A stretch of DNA of 64,000 nt from an uncultured delta proteobacterium (GCA_963705275.1 OY970063.1:668438-732437); one strand, 5' to 3'. Shown: positions 17,712 to 28,601, counted from the first letter of the stretch. Translations and numbers: made by a program. The notes: generated from the letters alone by a model not told the origin.

Positions 17712-20339
17712 TCACAAGAATTCAAAAAGACGGCGTCTTACAGAATCCAATTCCGCCTTGTTCCCTGTGAGAGTAAATATATTCGCTTCCTTCCTGTCTC
17801 CTCGTTCACTGACCACCGAAACATAGATGATATCTGCATCCTGGAGGAATTGCACGGCACTCTGATAATTCGACTGCGACATGGCCTCCGCCCTCCTAAT
17901 CTCCCCCTTCTTGTACATCTTGGCACCATGTTGCTGAATTTTTTTCAGCCAGTCTTTTTCCGGCATGGCACCCTTTCTAAGATACATGCAGCTCCTTATC
18001 ACTACCCAGTATGACTCCATATAGTTGCTGATTAGGCCTGCGAAGGGTATAAGATTTGTTTTTCCTTTGCCCTTCACCTCGACTAATGCCTGACCATTCT
18101 GCTCCCATGCAGCAATCATGCCCCTGCTGTTCAAATAAGCGAGAACGTCGTTTACTTCATCCAGGTCGTCCTTCCTATCGTCAAAAATGAATTCCTGCCA
18201 GAACAGCCTCTTCAAAAATTGGAAATCTTTCACGATCCGGTTCAAAGGTACCATGTCCTCATGGCTTGTAAACAATGACGCGGCCACAAAGCTGATCGGC
18301 ACGAAAAAGTGCAGGATATTATTCTTGTAATACTCTAAATTCAGCCGGTTATCGTCTTCCAGGGAGTATACAATTTCTTCCATTTCATCCGGTTCCTCTT
18401 CTGCCCCCATCTTGGATATAATTCCTGAATCCTCAAATAGATTGAGGGCATCAAGAAAGGCCTTTTCCTTATTGACCAGGGTTGCGGCAAAATTCACTTT
18501 CTTATAACTTAGATAATCATAGAATGAATTCAGCACCGTCGTGAGATCATCATGAGATATGCCTCTTCTGTCATGGCACAGCAAGACGGATGCAACGAGA
18601 GAAAACGGAGTAACAACTGACACCCGATTGATTTCTAATGTTATTTCGTAACTGATCTTTCTGTACAGGCTCTGCCTTTCTTCCATGTCCATGTCATCGA
18701 AGTTTTTTTCCTGCGAAGCGAGATATGATTTTAAAAAGGTGGGCTCACCGATATTTACGTAGACGCGCCCGTAACGTTTCCTCAGAAATCTGCGACTCTT
18801 GATAACATCAGACGGCTTCTCCCTCTCTTTGGGAACTCCCCCCAGCTCCTTCAGGTAAGATTCTTCTTCAATGACGCGATCGTAGCCGATGTAAACAGGG
18901 ATCATGGCTAGGTCATCTCCAGCCCTCTTTCTGTATGCTTGAATAAGCATTGAAAGGAGGCCGAACTTGGGCATCACCATCTTGCCGCTGCGGCTCCTCC
19001 CCCCTTCAATGAAAAACTCCAGGGGAAGACCCTCTTTTAAAATGACCTCCAGATATTTGGCGAAGACTTCGCCATAAAGTTTATTACCTTTAAATGTGCG
19101 ACGAATAAAGAAGGCCCCCGATTTCCGAAAGATGTATCCCAGAGGCCAGAAAGACAAATTGGTGCCTGCGGCGACAAATGGCATCTGTATATTATGCTTG
19201 TAAAAGACATAGGAAAGGAGAAGATAATCGATGTGGCTTCTGTGACAGGGAATAATAACGAAGGGCATTTTTTTTGATATGTTTCTTATTTTAGCGAGTC
19301 CCTGCTTGTCCACTACTACGCCATCATAGATATTGTTCCACAACCAGGTCAGGAACTTATCCCAGACCTCGATAAACATGTCGTTATAGTCGGCGGCAAT
19401 CTCCCGGATGTATTTTTCCGCGTCCTTAACCAGGGCGCCATGGCTTTTTGCCCCTCGTGCAGCCATATCTTCCATTAGATGATTGAGGTTTCCGTCATTC
19501 AGAACCATGCTGATGATCTCATTCCTCGACTTCAAAACAGGCCCGACGATGCTCATTTTTTCTTCATCAATCCGTTCTATCAGTTCCCGTCTTAAATCAT
19601 GGTATGATGCCTCTATTTTTGTGCCCTCGTTCTTGTTGACAAAGTCCTGGAGGTCTATGGGTTCTGCGGATATGACCGTGGCCTTATTGGAATACCTCAG
19701 AAAGGTGATAAGCTGGCGCAGTCCGCCTGTCTCTTCGGTCTGGCCGAACAGAATATTAATAAAGCTTTCTTTCTCCTTCTCCCTCCTTCGCCCGTAGGTG
19801 ATCATGACGGGAACAATAAAAATAGGGACTTTCAGGTTATTTTGTGCCTCTATCAATTGAACTATCCCGTCATGGGTGGCACGACTTTCAAAGAATTCCG
19901 AACCACCGAGATGGATTATCTCACTTTTCCCTTCGACAATGATTCTCTTCAGATAACTTTTCTTCGCGGCATCGGGAATTGATTTCTTGAAGAGCCAATG
20001 AGATATACTAGAGGAGACAACCCTGGCAGCAGCAGGGAAAGGCTGCCAGAATATCATATTAAAGCCGTGGCAGTAAACTGGTCTCGGTATGCCTTTTCTT
20101 GCGGAAAGCTCTCTAATGATGAGGCTGTTGAGCTGACTTTTATCTTTTATGGCGTAGACGACTATGCCCTTCTTAGACAGGTCTCTTAGCATTTCGGCAT
20201 ATTCATCGGCAAGTTCTACTTTGGATAACACCTTCTTGATGAGCCAGAAAAGTGGGAAATTATCCTCCCGGTAAAGGTGTCCCGCGTAAAAATCTCCTTC
20301 TTTTGCCACCCACGCCTTAATTTTCGACAGAAAAGACAT
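17712..20339 (-). CDS. plsB: Glycerol-3-phosphate 1-O-acyltransferase (PlsB type)
   Basis: 875 aa. Acyltransferase motif I CHRSHIDYLLL, motif FFIRR, motif EGGRSRSGK. Confidence 0.85.
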   Translation of the reverse strand: MSFLSKIKAWVAKEGDFYAGHLYREDNFPLFWLIKKVLSKVELADEYAEMLRDLSKKGIVVYAIKDKSQLNSLIIRELSARKGIPRPVYCHGFNMIFWQPFPAAARVVSSSISHWLFKKSIPDAAKKSYLKRIIVEGKSEIIHLGGSEFFESRATHDGIVQLIEAQNNLKVPIFIVPVMITYGRRREKEKESFINILFGQTEETGGLRQLITFLRYSNKATVISAEPIDLQDFVNKNEGTKIEASYHDLRRELIERIDEEKMSIVGPVLKSRNEIISMVLNDGNLNHLMEDMAARGAKSHGALVKDAEKYIREIAADYNDMFIEVWDKFLTWLWNNIYDGVVVDKQGLAKIRNISKKMPFVIIPCHRSHIDYLLLSYVFYKHNIQMPFVAAGTNLSFWPLGYIFRKSGAFFIRRTFKGNKLYGEVFAKYLEVILKEGLPLEFFIEGGRSRSGKMVMPKFGLLSMLIQAYRKRAGDDLAMIPVYIGYDRVIEEESYLKELGGVPKEREKPSDVIKSRRFLRKRYGRVYVNIGEPTFLKSYLASQEKNFDDMDMEERQSLYRKISYEITLEINRVSVVTPFSLVASVLLCHDRRGISHDDLTTVLNSFYDYLSYKKVNFAATLVNKEKAFLDALNLFEDSGIISKMGAEEEPDEMEEIVYSLEDDNRLNLEYYKNNILHFFVPISFVAASLFTSHEDMVPLNRIVKDFQFLKRLFWQEFIFDDRKDDLDEVNDVLAYLNSRGMIAAWEQNGQALVEVKGKGKTNLIPFAGLISNYMESYWVVIRSCMYLRKGAMPEKDWLKKIQQHGAKMYKKGEIRRAEAMSQSNYQSAVQFLQDADIIYVSVVSERGDRKEANIFTLTGNKAELDSVRRRLFEFL

Positions 20340-20453
20340 TATGATCTCTTAGGAAAGTGATGCTGCCAGCCGTAATTTGTCTAAATGCGGGCGGCAGCAC
20401 GAAAGATAATTACTCAATATTGGAGAAGCCATCCAGAATATATTTTTCGCTAC

Positions 20454-22235
20454 TCAAGCGCCATTTATCTGAAATTCATCCGGGAAACGTTCATGCATAT
20501 AACTGTTGACAAATTCTCTAATCTCAGGAGCCGACGGAAAGGTCATAACTTTATTCAGCAGCGCCTTGGATTCCTCCAGCGTCGATTCCTGTATAACCCT
20601 TTTCACCCTCGGTATTGCCAGAGGATTCATGCTCAGTTCGTCGATCTCAAGCCCTAATAAAATCATGACGTATGACGGTTCACCGGCCATCTCACCGCAC
20701 ATGGCAACGCGAATACCCGTCCTGTGACCGACATCGATGACTTGTTTGATGAGTCTTAACACGGCGGGGTGGAGGGGTTCATATAAATAAGTCACCCTCT
20801 CGTTGATCCTGTCAATAGCCAGGGCATATTGGATGAGATCGTTGGTGCCTATGCTGAAAAAGTCCACTTCTTTAGCCAATTCATCAGCAATAATCACGGC
20901 AGATGGAACCTCTATCATGACTCCAATTTCGATGTCATTACCTACTGGTATGCCTTTTGCGATAAGCTCATCCTTAACCTCGAAAAATATTCTCTTGGCC
21001 TCTCGTATTTCCTCAAGGCCGGATATCATGGGGAACATGATCCTCGTCTTTCCAAAAGCACTGGCACGGGCAATCGCCCGCAGCTGCACCTTAAACATAT
21101 CCACTTCTTTCAAACAAAAGCGGATAGCTCGCAGTCCCATTTGAGGATTCATCTCCTTGGCCAACTTGGGATCGGAGTAAAACTTATCACCGCCAAGATC
21201 AAAGGTTCTGATAGTTGCCCATTTCAAACCCTCTACGCCGACGATGCTCTTGTAGTTTGAAAAGTGCTCTTCCTCCGTGGGCAACCGCTCTTTATTTATA
21301 TAGATAAACTCCGTTCGGTAAAGGCCTATGCCCTCGGCACCATGGGATATGGCAGTGGAAATCTCTTCTATGAACTCGATATTCCCTCCTATGTCGACTT
21401 TATAATTATCTTTCGTTACAGCCGGTAGCCTTGCATATTTCAGAAAATTTTCCTGGGCTATTTCAAAATGCCTTCGCTTATCATCATATACCTTAATCAT
21501 TTCCGGATCCGGATTTACAACAACAAGCCCCGCCGAGCCATCGATAATAATATCATCGTTGGTTCGTACCATCTTGGTGATAGACTCTAAGCCAACGACG
21601 GCGGGAATCTCGACAGCCCTTGCTACAATAGCCGTATGAGAGGTTTTCCCCCCCATATCCGTCGCGAATCCCTGGACCTTATTCATCATCATCTGTGCAG
21701 TGTCTGCAGGTGACAGGTCTATGGCAATGATTATCCCCTTACCGCCAATATCCGGAACGACATCTTTCTTTCCTCCCCCGAGATTTCTCGTAATCATCTG
21801 CCCCACGTATCTAATGTCGCTGATCCGTCCTTTGAGATATTCATCTTCCACTTTTTCAAAGATGTCTCGATACCTGTCGATGGTCATCTTGATGGCCCAT
21901 TCTGCATTGATGCACAAGTCCTTGATATACTGAACGGTATGGTTGACGAACATCTTGTCTCTGAGTATCAACAAGTGGACATCGATGATATATAACGGCT
22001 CCCGTCCGGCCAGTTCACGAAGTCTATTTTTTATTTCCAAGAGTTGTTTTTCTGATTCTTTTAACGCTGCCTTGAACCTTTTAGTTTCTTCAGATACGAG
22101 GCCTTTGTCCCGCAGTCTGTAGAACGAAACCCGGGCGTCAAAACGATCAAAGAGGTGGGCCTTTCCGATGACTATACCCGGTGAGACACCTATACCCTTG
22201 AGCACGAAAGACCTTTTCCCCGCATCATCACCCAT
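20454..22235 (-). CDS. ptsI: Phosphoenolpyruvate-protein phosphotransferase (PTS enzyme I)
   Basis: GGKTSHTAIVARA phosphohistidine motif. C-terminal PEP-utilising TIM barrel (FFSIGTNDLIQY, CGEMAG). Confidence 0.95.
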   Translation of the reverse strand: MGDDAGKRSFVLKGIGVSPGIVIGKAHLFDRFDARVSFYRLRDKGLVSEETKRFKAALKESEKQLLEIKNRLRELAGREPLYIIDVHLLILRDKMFVNHTVQYIKDLCINAEWAIKMTIDRYRDIFEKVEDEYLKGRISDIRYVGQMITRNLGGGKKDVVPDIGGKGIIIAIDLSPADTAQMMMNKVQGFATDMGGKTSHTAIVARAVEIPAVVGLESITKMVRTNDDIIIDGSAGLVVVNPDPEMIKVYDDKRRHFEIAQENFLKYARLPAVTKDNYKVDIGGNIEFIEEISTAISHGAEGIGLYRTEFIYINKERLPTEEEHFSNYKSIVGVEGLKWATIRTFDLGGDKFYSDPKLAKEMNPQMGLRAIRFCLKEVDMFKVQLRAIARASAFGKTRIMFPMISGLEEIREAKRIFFEVKDELIAKGIPVGNDIEIGVMIEVPSAVIIADELAKEVDFFSIGTNDLIQYALAIDRINERVTYLYEPLHPAVLRLIKQVIDVGHRTGIRVAMCGEMAGEPSYVMILLGLEIDELSMNPLAIPRVKRVIQESTLEESKALLNKVMTFPSAPEIREFVNSYMHERFPDEFQINGA

Positions 22236-22504
22236 TAATCTTCTCCAAATTTATCCTCAATCAATTTACCAAGGTCCTCAACAGCCTCGCCGGCGTCCAT
22301 CCCCTCTGCTCTTATCGTCAGTCGACTTCCCAAAGGGCAGGCTAACGTCAAGATACTGAGAAGACTTTTTCCATTTGCAACTTTACCATCCCTCTCAAAA
22401 AATATCTTCGCCTTAAATCGCGTAGACACATTGATGAGCTTTGCCGCAACCCTTGCGTGAAGACCAAGCTTATTTCTAATCTCGAATGTTTTTATCACTA
22501 CCAT
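22235..22504 (-). CDS. ptsH: HPr family phosphocarrier protein
   Basis: GLHARVAAKL (His15 region) and GKSLLSILTL (Ser46 region). The stop overlaps the ptsI start (TAATG). Confidence 0.9.
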   Translation of the reverse strand: MVVIKTFEIRNKLGLHARVAAKLINVSTRFKAKIFFERDGKVANGKSLLSILTLACPLGSRLTIRAEGMDAGEAVEDLGKLIEDKFGED

Positions 22505-22673
22505 GCCGGTCTCAAATACCCTCAGAAGCTTTATGATTATTTTTCTTCACTCTTAGATTCAGTTCCGTCGAAGGTGTTTGCCTAGCACGATTGTAAAACG
22601 AAGTCAATTCATTCGGCACTGCATTCATATTGTTATGATTCCATTATTAGATAGCCGATTCAATACATTTTTC

Positions 22674-22702
22674 CTTGACATTTGAAAAAATATGACTTAT
22701 AA
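22674..22702 (+). promoter_or_regulatory. Sigma70-like promoter for the Cys-rich protein gene
   Basis: TTGACA (22674-22679), a 17-nt spacer, then TATAAG (22697-22702). Confidence 0.5.
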
Positions 22703-22774
22703 GTAGAAGATTTTGTTATGCCACACTGATATTTAGGTTAATTTACAAAATAAATGATAAAGGGGGTGATTCCA

Positions 22775-23056
22775 ATGGTCTGTCAAACCGTCAAGATTGG
22801 GGCTGAGTGTGCCTTCATGACCAAGAAGGGTTGTGGTTTTAATGGAGGCAATTGTTATACAATAGCAGGTAAGTGTGAAGGTTGCATCAAAATCATAGAT
22901 TGCCCGACCGGTCAGTACTGCAAGGTCTATCCTGAGCCTTCCAGCAAATGGCTTGCTGGAAACTGTCCGACCGCATCACACATCAAGCGAGAAATCAAAG
23001 AAGCCACGCAGAAAATCAATCCGCTCAAGGCCTCCAAGAGATCGACCAAACATTAA
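22775..23056 (+). CDS. Small cysteine-rich protein (PxxKW-type motif YPEPSSKW) with a basic tail
   Basis: The RBS AAGGGGG lies 8 nt before ATG 22775 (the track ORF starts at 22754). 9 Cys in the first 62 aa. C-terminal K/R-rich tail. The family name is from memory only. Confidence 0.6.
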   Translation: MVCQTVKIGAECAFMTKKGCGFNGGNCYTIAGKCEGCIKIIDCPTGQYCKVYPEPSSKWLAGNCPTASHIKREIKEATQKINPLKASKRSTKH

Positions 23057-23063
23057 GAACGGT

Positions 23064-23110
23064 GGGGCAGGTAGCTTTCTTCATGGAGAAAAATGCCTGT
23101 CCCTTTTCTC
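23064..23110 (+). terminator. Possible intrinsic terminator between convergent genes
   Basis: GGGGCAGG ... CCTGTCCC (8 bp with one mismatch, 24-nt loop) followed by TTTTCTCTC. Confidence 0.35.
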
Positions 23111-23111
23111 T

Positions 23112-23450
23112 CTAGCCAAGAATTTTTCTTATCTGCAATAATCCTTTTTTAATTTCCCTGAACTTTTCTTGCATACTATCCCGACCCAGTTGGGATTCGC
23201 CACCTTTCATTTTGAGCAATTGTTTCTTAGCACCGCTAATGGTAAACTTGTCAGCGTAAAGCAGATTCTTTATAATAAGCAACTCCTCTAAGTCTTTTCT
23301 CCTATATAGACGTTGATATGTTCTCGTTCGAATTGGCTTTATCGATTTGAATTCAGATTCCCAAAATCTTATTACATATGTATCGACATCGAGGATTTTA
23401 CTGACCTCTCCGATGCGGAAATATTCCTTATCTGGAATTGACGCATTCAT
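23112..23450 (-). CDS. MerR family transcriptional regulator
   Basis: N-terminal HTH YFRIGEVSKILDVDTYVIRFWESEF. 112 aa. Confidence 0.85.
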   Translation of the reverse strand: MNASIPDKEYFRIGEVSKILDVDTYVIRFWESEFKSIKPIRTRTYQRLYRRKDLEELLIIKNLLYADKFTISGAKKQLLKMKGGESQLGRDSMQEKFREIKKGLLQIRKILG

Positions 23451-23803
23451 TTAGAAGTCCTGGCGTCCCAACAAAAAAGAGGTGAAAAATAGATTCTTGA
23501 AACCTTGCGGAAGCGCTTCGAAATGCCATACGCGAATACAGCGAGCGGTCATCTTGGGTCGATTGTATTATGGATTCGTTTAGTACGCAGGTTCAATGGC
23601 TTTATAACAATTTAAAGGCCCGAGGCAGCTTCAACATTCCCCTCAAGCTCATGGTAAATCCCTTGGTGCATGTCTAATTACGTCATCACCCGTTACCCGA
23701 CGGACTTGATACTTCACTTTGCACAGGCGGCCTTTTTAAATACGGATTCTTGACTTTTTGTGAATCATCCGGATTTGATGATCAGATTTTTTTGCATGTC
23801 CCG

Positions 23804-24079
23804 TCAACTATTCAGCGCTTTACGCAACACTTGACTTGACTTAAAGGTAAGCACCTTCCTTGAAGATATTTCTATTTCACTTCCCGTCTGCGGATTTCTT
23901 CCTCTCCGAGACTTCTTATCCTTCACAGAAAAGTTGCCGAAACCGGAAATCTTTATCTTCTCACCGCGAGCAAGGCTGTCTTTCATGATCTCAAAAACCG
24001 ATTCAACAATTTTCGCTGCATCCTTCTTGGAAAACCCCAGCTTTTCATACACGTCCTGAATAATATCAATCTTTGTCAT
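23804..24079 (-). CDS. ihfA: Integration host factor subunit alpha
   Basis: HU/IHF fold with GFGNFSVKDKKSRRGRNPQTGSEI. It sits directly downstream of pheT, as in E. coli. Confidence 0.9.
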   Translation of the reverse strand: MTKIDIIQDVYEKLGFSKKDAAKIVESVFEIMKDSLARGEKIKISGFGNFSVKDKKSRRGRNPQTGSEIEISSRKVLTFKSSQVLRKALNS

Positions 24080-24106
24080 TTCTAACCTCCCCCCGTCTTA
24101 CAGACA

Positions 24107-26524
24107 CTAAATTTCTTCTCCTCTTATCCTTGCCCCAGTCAATTCAACAATTCCTTTTACCATCTCCCCGTGCAGTTGATTTACTTCATCATCCGTCAAC
24201 GTCCTGTCGGATGCACGATATACAAACCTTATCCCGAGACTCTTTTTATCCTGCGGAATATTCTTCCCATAATATACATCAAAAACACTCACTTTTTCAA
24301 GTAATTCTTTATCCATTTCAGTGATAAGTTTAAGCATTTTATCTGCTTCTATATCCTGGCTGATTACAAATGCCACGTCTCTCAAGACTGATGGAAATCT
24401 TGGCAGGTCTTTATAGAGCACTTCGCCAGAAAAGATATTTGAGACAATATCTAAATCTATTTCAGCTACATAGGCCGGATTTCTTAAATCCATTTTGAAA
24501 AGAGTATCCGGATGTACTTCCCCTACGAATCCGATAAATCGACCTTTCGCATATATCCCACATGACTTACCTGGATGGAGGAAGGTCTCGCCGAAACTGG
24601 ACCTGAATTCCAGACCCGCAATGTTGAGACCGTCAAAGATATTTTCTATACACCCTTTTAAATCATAAAAATCAGCATTAATCCTTGAGGACCACATATC
24701 ATCGTAACGCCTGCCCGTGATGAGACAGCCCATCCTGTTCTTCTCGAGCGGAAGTTCGCCTTCCTTTCGATGGAAGAAGACCCTGCCGATCTCAAACATC
24801 TTGAGATCAAGACAGCCAATATGAGCATTTTTTTTCATTGTCTCTAAGAGGTTATTTACGAGCGTCGTTCGCATCACTGATTGATCTTCCGTCAGAGGAT
24901 TCCTTATCTTTACCATTTTTCGGCGATGATCATCCTCTCTGATTCCCAGACGCTCTGCCGAATCAGGGGAAATAAAACTGAACGTAATTATCTCGGAGTA
25001 ACCCGATCCCCTCATGATCTCCCGCATTCTATCAATGACAACTTGCTGATGATCTCTCATCACAGCCGTGACAGACACAGGAGGCAATGTAGCAGGAATC
25101 TGATCATAGCCATAAAGTCTGGCTATCTCTTCGATAAGATCTATCTCTCTCGCAATATCCACCCTGTACGTGGGTGGAGTTACCCGGTAAACGCCGTTCC
25201 TCTCGGCGCGAATCGTCATTTCCAGACTTCCCAGTATTTTAGCGATTTCATTCGCATCAATGTCTGTGCCCAGTATTTCGTTGACCCTTCCTACACGGAG
25301 CTCTATATCCCTAGCAGATGCCACTTTTTGCGGATATTGGTCGATATAACCTCGGCAAACCCGCCCGCCAGAAATTTCTGCAATAACTTGAGCCGCTCTG
25401 TGTAAAGCCCTAATCACGCCCTCAGGATCTATGCCGCGACCGAATCTGAATGCCGCATCCGTACTCATGCCGAGCGCCTTAGCCGATTTTCGAATGGACG
25501 AAGGGGTAAAATAAGCACTTTCCAGAAGTATTGTCTTGGTATCTTCTTTAACTTCGGAGTTAAGCCCGCCCATTATACCGCCAATAGCCACCGGTTTCTT
25601 GCCATCACAAATCATAAGCGTGTCCGGTTCCAGAATGTTTTCCTTACCATCCAGAGAAGTGAATGTCTCTCCACCGCGGGATCTTCTCACCACGACGCGC
25701 CCCTCTTCAAGAAACCGGAAATCAAATGCGTGAAGCGGTTGACCCAATTCCATCATCACATAGTTGGTGACATCAACGATATTGTTAATCGCGCGCAAAC
25801 CTACTGCTTCAAGTCTCTGGCGCATCCAGAGCGGGGAGGGTTTTATGGTAACGTCCTTTATAATTCTGGCGCTATAGCGTGGACACAGATCAGGATCAAG
25901 TATATCTACTGATGTAATATTTCTTATATCCTGCCCGCTTTCGGGAACGGCAGTATCCGGGTAATTAAGCACGGCCCCAGTAATTGCAGCGACTTCACGG
26001 GCAATTCCTATGATGCTTAAACAGTCAGACCTGTTGGGAGTAACCCCTATATCGAGGACCATATCCTTGAGATTGAGTGCTTCCGCGAGGTCAAGGCCTA
26101 TAGCGAGGTCGTCAGGAAGAATCATAATCCCCGATGCGTCGTCGCCTATGCCAAGTTCTTGTTCGGAACATAACATCCCTTCCGATATGCAGCCTCTGAT
26201 CTTGGAACTCTTGATTGTATAGCCTCCCGGTAATGTTGCGCCGATCTTCGCCAGAGGAACCATATCGCCAGGCTTGATATTACGCGCACCGCAGACCACA
26301 GGATAAGTGCCTTCGCCCGCAGCTACGTCGCAGAAGTAATATTTATCTGTTTCAGGATGAGTCTTTACTGAAAGGATCTTTGCAACAACTACATTGGTAA
26401 ATGCAGGGGCGTTCTCCTTTATCTCCTCAACTTCAAGACCCGCCATGGTCAAGCGGTCTGCAAGTTCTCCAAGAGAAATCCCTATATCTACATAATCTCT
26501 GAGCCATCTGAGACTTACCAGCAT
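24107..26524 (-). CDS. pheT: Phenylalanine--tRNA ligase beta subunit
   Basis: 805 aa. N-terminus MLVSLRWLRDYV, tRNA-binding (OB), B3/4, B5 and FDX-ACB regions recognisable. Confidence 0.95.
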   Translation of the reverse strand: MLVSLRWLRDYVDIGISLGELADRLTMAGLEVEEIKENAPAFTNVVVAKILSVKTHPETDKYYFCDVAAGEGTYPVVCGARNIKPGDMVPLAKIGATLPGGYTIKSSKIRGCISEGMLCSEQELGIGDDASGIMILPDDLAIGLDLAEALNLKDMVLDIGVTPNRSDCLSIIGIAREVAAITGAVLNYPDTAVPESGQDIRNITSVDILDPDLCPRYSARIIKDVTIKPSPLWMRQRLEAVGLRAINNIVDVTNYVMMELGQPLHAFDFRFLEEGRVVVRRSRGGETFTSLDGKENILEPDTLMICDGKKPVAIGGIMGGLNSEVKEDTKTILLESAYFTPSSIRKSAKALGMSTDAAFRFGRGIDPEGVIRALHRAAQVIAEISGGRVCRGYIDQYPQKVASARDIELRVGRVNEILGTDIDANEIAKILGSLEMTIRAERNGVYRVTPPTYRVDIAREIDLIEEIARLYGYDQIPATLPPVSVTAVMRDHQQVVIDRMREIMRGSGYSEIITFSFISPDSAERLGIREDDHRRKMVKIRNPLTEDQSVMRTTLVNNLLETMKKNAHIGCLDLKMFEIGRVFFHRKEGELPLEKNRMGCLITGRRYDDMWSSRINADFYDLKGCIENIFDGLNIAGLEFRSSFGETFLHPGKSCGIYAKGRFIGFVGEVHPDTLFKMDLRNPAYVAEIDLDIVSNIFSGEVLYKDLPRFPSVLRDVAFVISQDIEADKMLKLITEMDKELLEKVSVFDVYYGKNIPQDKKSLGIRFVYRASDRTLTDDEVNQLHGEMVKGIVELTGARIRGEEI

Positions 26525-26790
26525 AAATGTAAATCCTAAGTCTGAAATCGTGGCTGGAAATGTTTAGAGTTCATGCGGCACATCTTAAATTCGAAACCAC
26601 GAATGTGGATACGCTAAACAAATGCGAATATCGAAATTCAGATTTTCCGTGTCTGGATAATGCGGTCTTGAACATTCCTGCTTACTTAGTTTTCGTTAGT
26701 CGAGTCGCGATTTGCCCCAGCTTAACTTACTTAACATAGTTGTTTGAATAAAATGTGTAGATCTTAAGTTCAATTAATTGGGCCCGCATA

Positions 26791-27807
26791 TCAGAATTGC
26801 TCTAAGAACCTCCAGTCATTCTCGAAGAACAACCGGATATCCGATATCCTGTACTTCAGCATCGCAATTCTTTCGAGACCCAGGCCGAAAGCAAAGCCGG
26901 AGAATTCTTCCGGGTCGTAATTAACATTTTTAAAGACCTCTGGATCAACCATGCCGGAGCCTAGTATTTCAAGCCAGCCGCTCTGCGAGCATACCTGACA
27001 ACCAGTTCCTCTACACATGACGCATCTAATATCGACCTCAGCAGAGGGCTCCGTAAAAGGGAAGAAACTGGGACGAAATCTGAGTGCCGTTTCTTCGCCA
27101 AACATCTGTTTCAGAAATAATGTGAGAACACCTTTCAAATCACCAAAGGTGATGCCCTTATCAACGAGAAGACCTTCAATCTGATGAAACATGGGAGTAT
27201 GGGAGATGTCGGAATCGGGTCGATATACCCTCCCGGGTGAAAGAATTCTGACCGGTGGCCGCTGCTTTTCCATAACTCTTATTTGGACAGGCGATGTATG
27301 AGTACGCAGCACGATGTTATCTTCTACGTAGAACGTATCCTGCATATCCCTTGCAGGATGCTCTTTGGGAATATTCAGAGCCTCAAAATTGTAGTAGTCG
27401 AGTTCTATCTCCGGGCCCTGGACGGCTGAGAAGCCGAGTCCCGCAAATATGTCGCAAATATCATTACAAACCAATGCTACAGGATGTTCCTTGCCAAAAC
27501 GAACTTTCTTGCCTGGGAGGGTTACGTCGATTCTATCGCGAAGGAGAACCTCCCCCTTCTTGAGGGCGGCTCCGGCTTTGAGAGCATTGTCTATTTCCGC
27601 AGTCAGGGCGGCTTTAATTTCATTACAGCGATTCCCAACCAACGGCCTCTCTTCGGGCTCTATATTTCCTAAGCCTCGGAGAAGCTTTGTTAGAATTCCC
27701 TTTCTCCCCAAATACTTGGTCTTTACTGCGAGGAGTTCCTCTTCAGTTTTTGACTTCTTTAACTCGGATTCTGCCTGTCCCTGAAGCTCCTCAAGTTCTT
27801 TCAGCAT
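26791..27807 (-). CDS. pheS: Phenylalanine--tRNA ligase alpha subunit
   Basis: Class II motifs: [43 protein letters not shown]. Confidence 0.95.
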   Translation of the reverse strand: MLKELEELQGQAESELKKSKTEEELLAVKTKYLGRKGILTKLLRGLGNIEPEERPLVGNRCNEIKAALTAEIDNALKAGAALKKGEVLLRDRIDVTLPGKKVRFGKEHPVALVCNDICDIFAGLGFSAVQGPEIELDYYNFEALNIPKEHPARDMQDTFYVEDNIVLRTHTSPVQIRVMEKQRPPVRILSPGRVYRPDSDISHTPMFHQIEGLLVDKGITFGDLKGVLTLFLKQMFGEETALRFRPSFFPFTEPSAEVDIRCVMCRGTGCQVCSQSGWLEILGSGMVDPEVFKNVNYDPEEFSGFAFGLGLERIAMLKYRISDIRLFFENDWRFLEQF

Positions 27808-28163
27808 GCTGCCAGCTTACCTTTTGCGATACTGACTATCTCAGAAAATCCTCGAGGGTCATGAACGGCAAGCTCAGCCAAAATCTTTCTGTCAATTTCC
27901 ACACCTGCTTTTTTCATGCCGCATATTAGCCGGCTATATGATATTTCATTAATTCGTGCAGCGGCATTAATCCTCGCAATCCATAGTTTTCTGAAATCCC
28001 TTTTCCTCACTCTTCTGTCCCTGTAGGCATACTTCATTGCCCTTTCGACGGCTTCCGTGGCTGTTCTCAACAAACGGCTCCGCGCACCAAAATAGCCCTT
28101 TGCCATCTTCAGGATTTTTCGTCTTTTTTTCTTTGCGGTCACACTTCTTTTTACTCTCGGCAT
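27801..28163 (-). CDS. rplT: 50S ribosomal protein L20
   Basis: [29 protein letters not shown]. Confidence 0.95.
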   Translation of the reverse strand: MPRVKRSVTAKKKRRKILKMAKGYFGARSRLLRTATEAVERAMKYAYRDRRVRKRDFRKLWIARINAAARINEISYSRLICGMKKAGVEIDRKILAELAVHDPRGFSEIVSIAKGKLAAC

Positions 28164-28253
28164 CTCTCTTCATCTCCCAGCTCATTATAAGAAATCATTG
28201 AACCCTATTGTCAAATCAACATAAATTGTTGTCTCAGTATCCCCTTTCGCTCC

Positions 28254-28451
28254 CTACATATACGGAATTAACATCTTTATTCCCCGGGTGTCTCTCTTGT
28301 TAAGAATAGCAGACTTCCGCAAATTCCTCTTTCTCTTTGTCGTTTTTTTTGTGAGAATGTGGCTGCCGTATGCCTTACTCCTCTTTACCTTGCCAGTTCC
28401 CGTCAGGCTAAACCGTTTAGCCGCTCCCCTGTGTGTTTTTATCTTTGGCAT
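28254..28451 (-). CDS. rpmI: 50S ribosomal protein L35
   Basis: [14 protein letters not shown], 65 aa. Confidence 0.95.
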   Translation of the reverse strand: MPKIKTHRGAAKRFSLTGTGKVKRSKAYGSHILTKKTTKRKRNLRKSAILNKRDTRGIKMLIPYM

Positions 28452-28601
28452 TAAATCACCCCTCTTATATAAAAACCTAACTAATAACTTCTAAATCTTA
28501 AACAATCTCAAGATATAACCGTCGAAATCTTAAATATTCTTTGCAACTGGCTTCCAATATTGTTTGAGATTTCAGATTACAATTCAGTCCTTCGCAAGTC
28601 C

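Noticed and set aside
23509-23520. Perfect 10-bp palindrome GAAGCGCTTC upstream of the MerR-family gene as its operator
   Set aside because: It lies about 60-70 nt from the start codon, and I could not find flanking -35/-10 elements at the 19-20-bp spacing typical of MerR-controlled promoters. It is too short to exclude chance.
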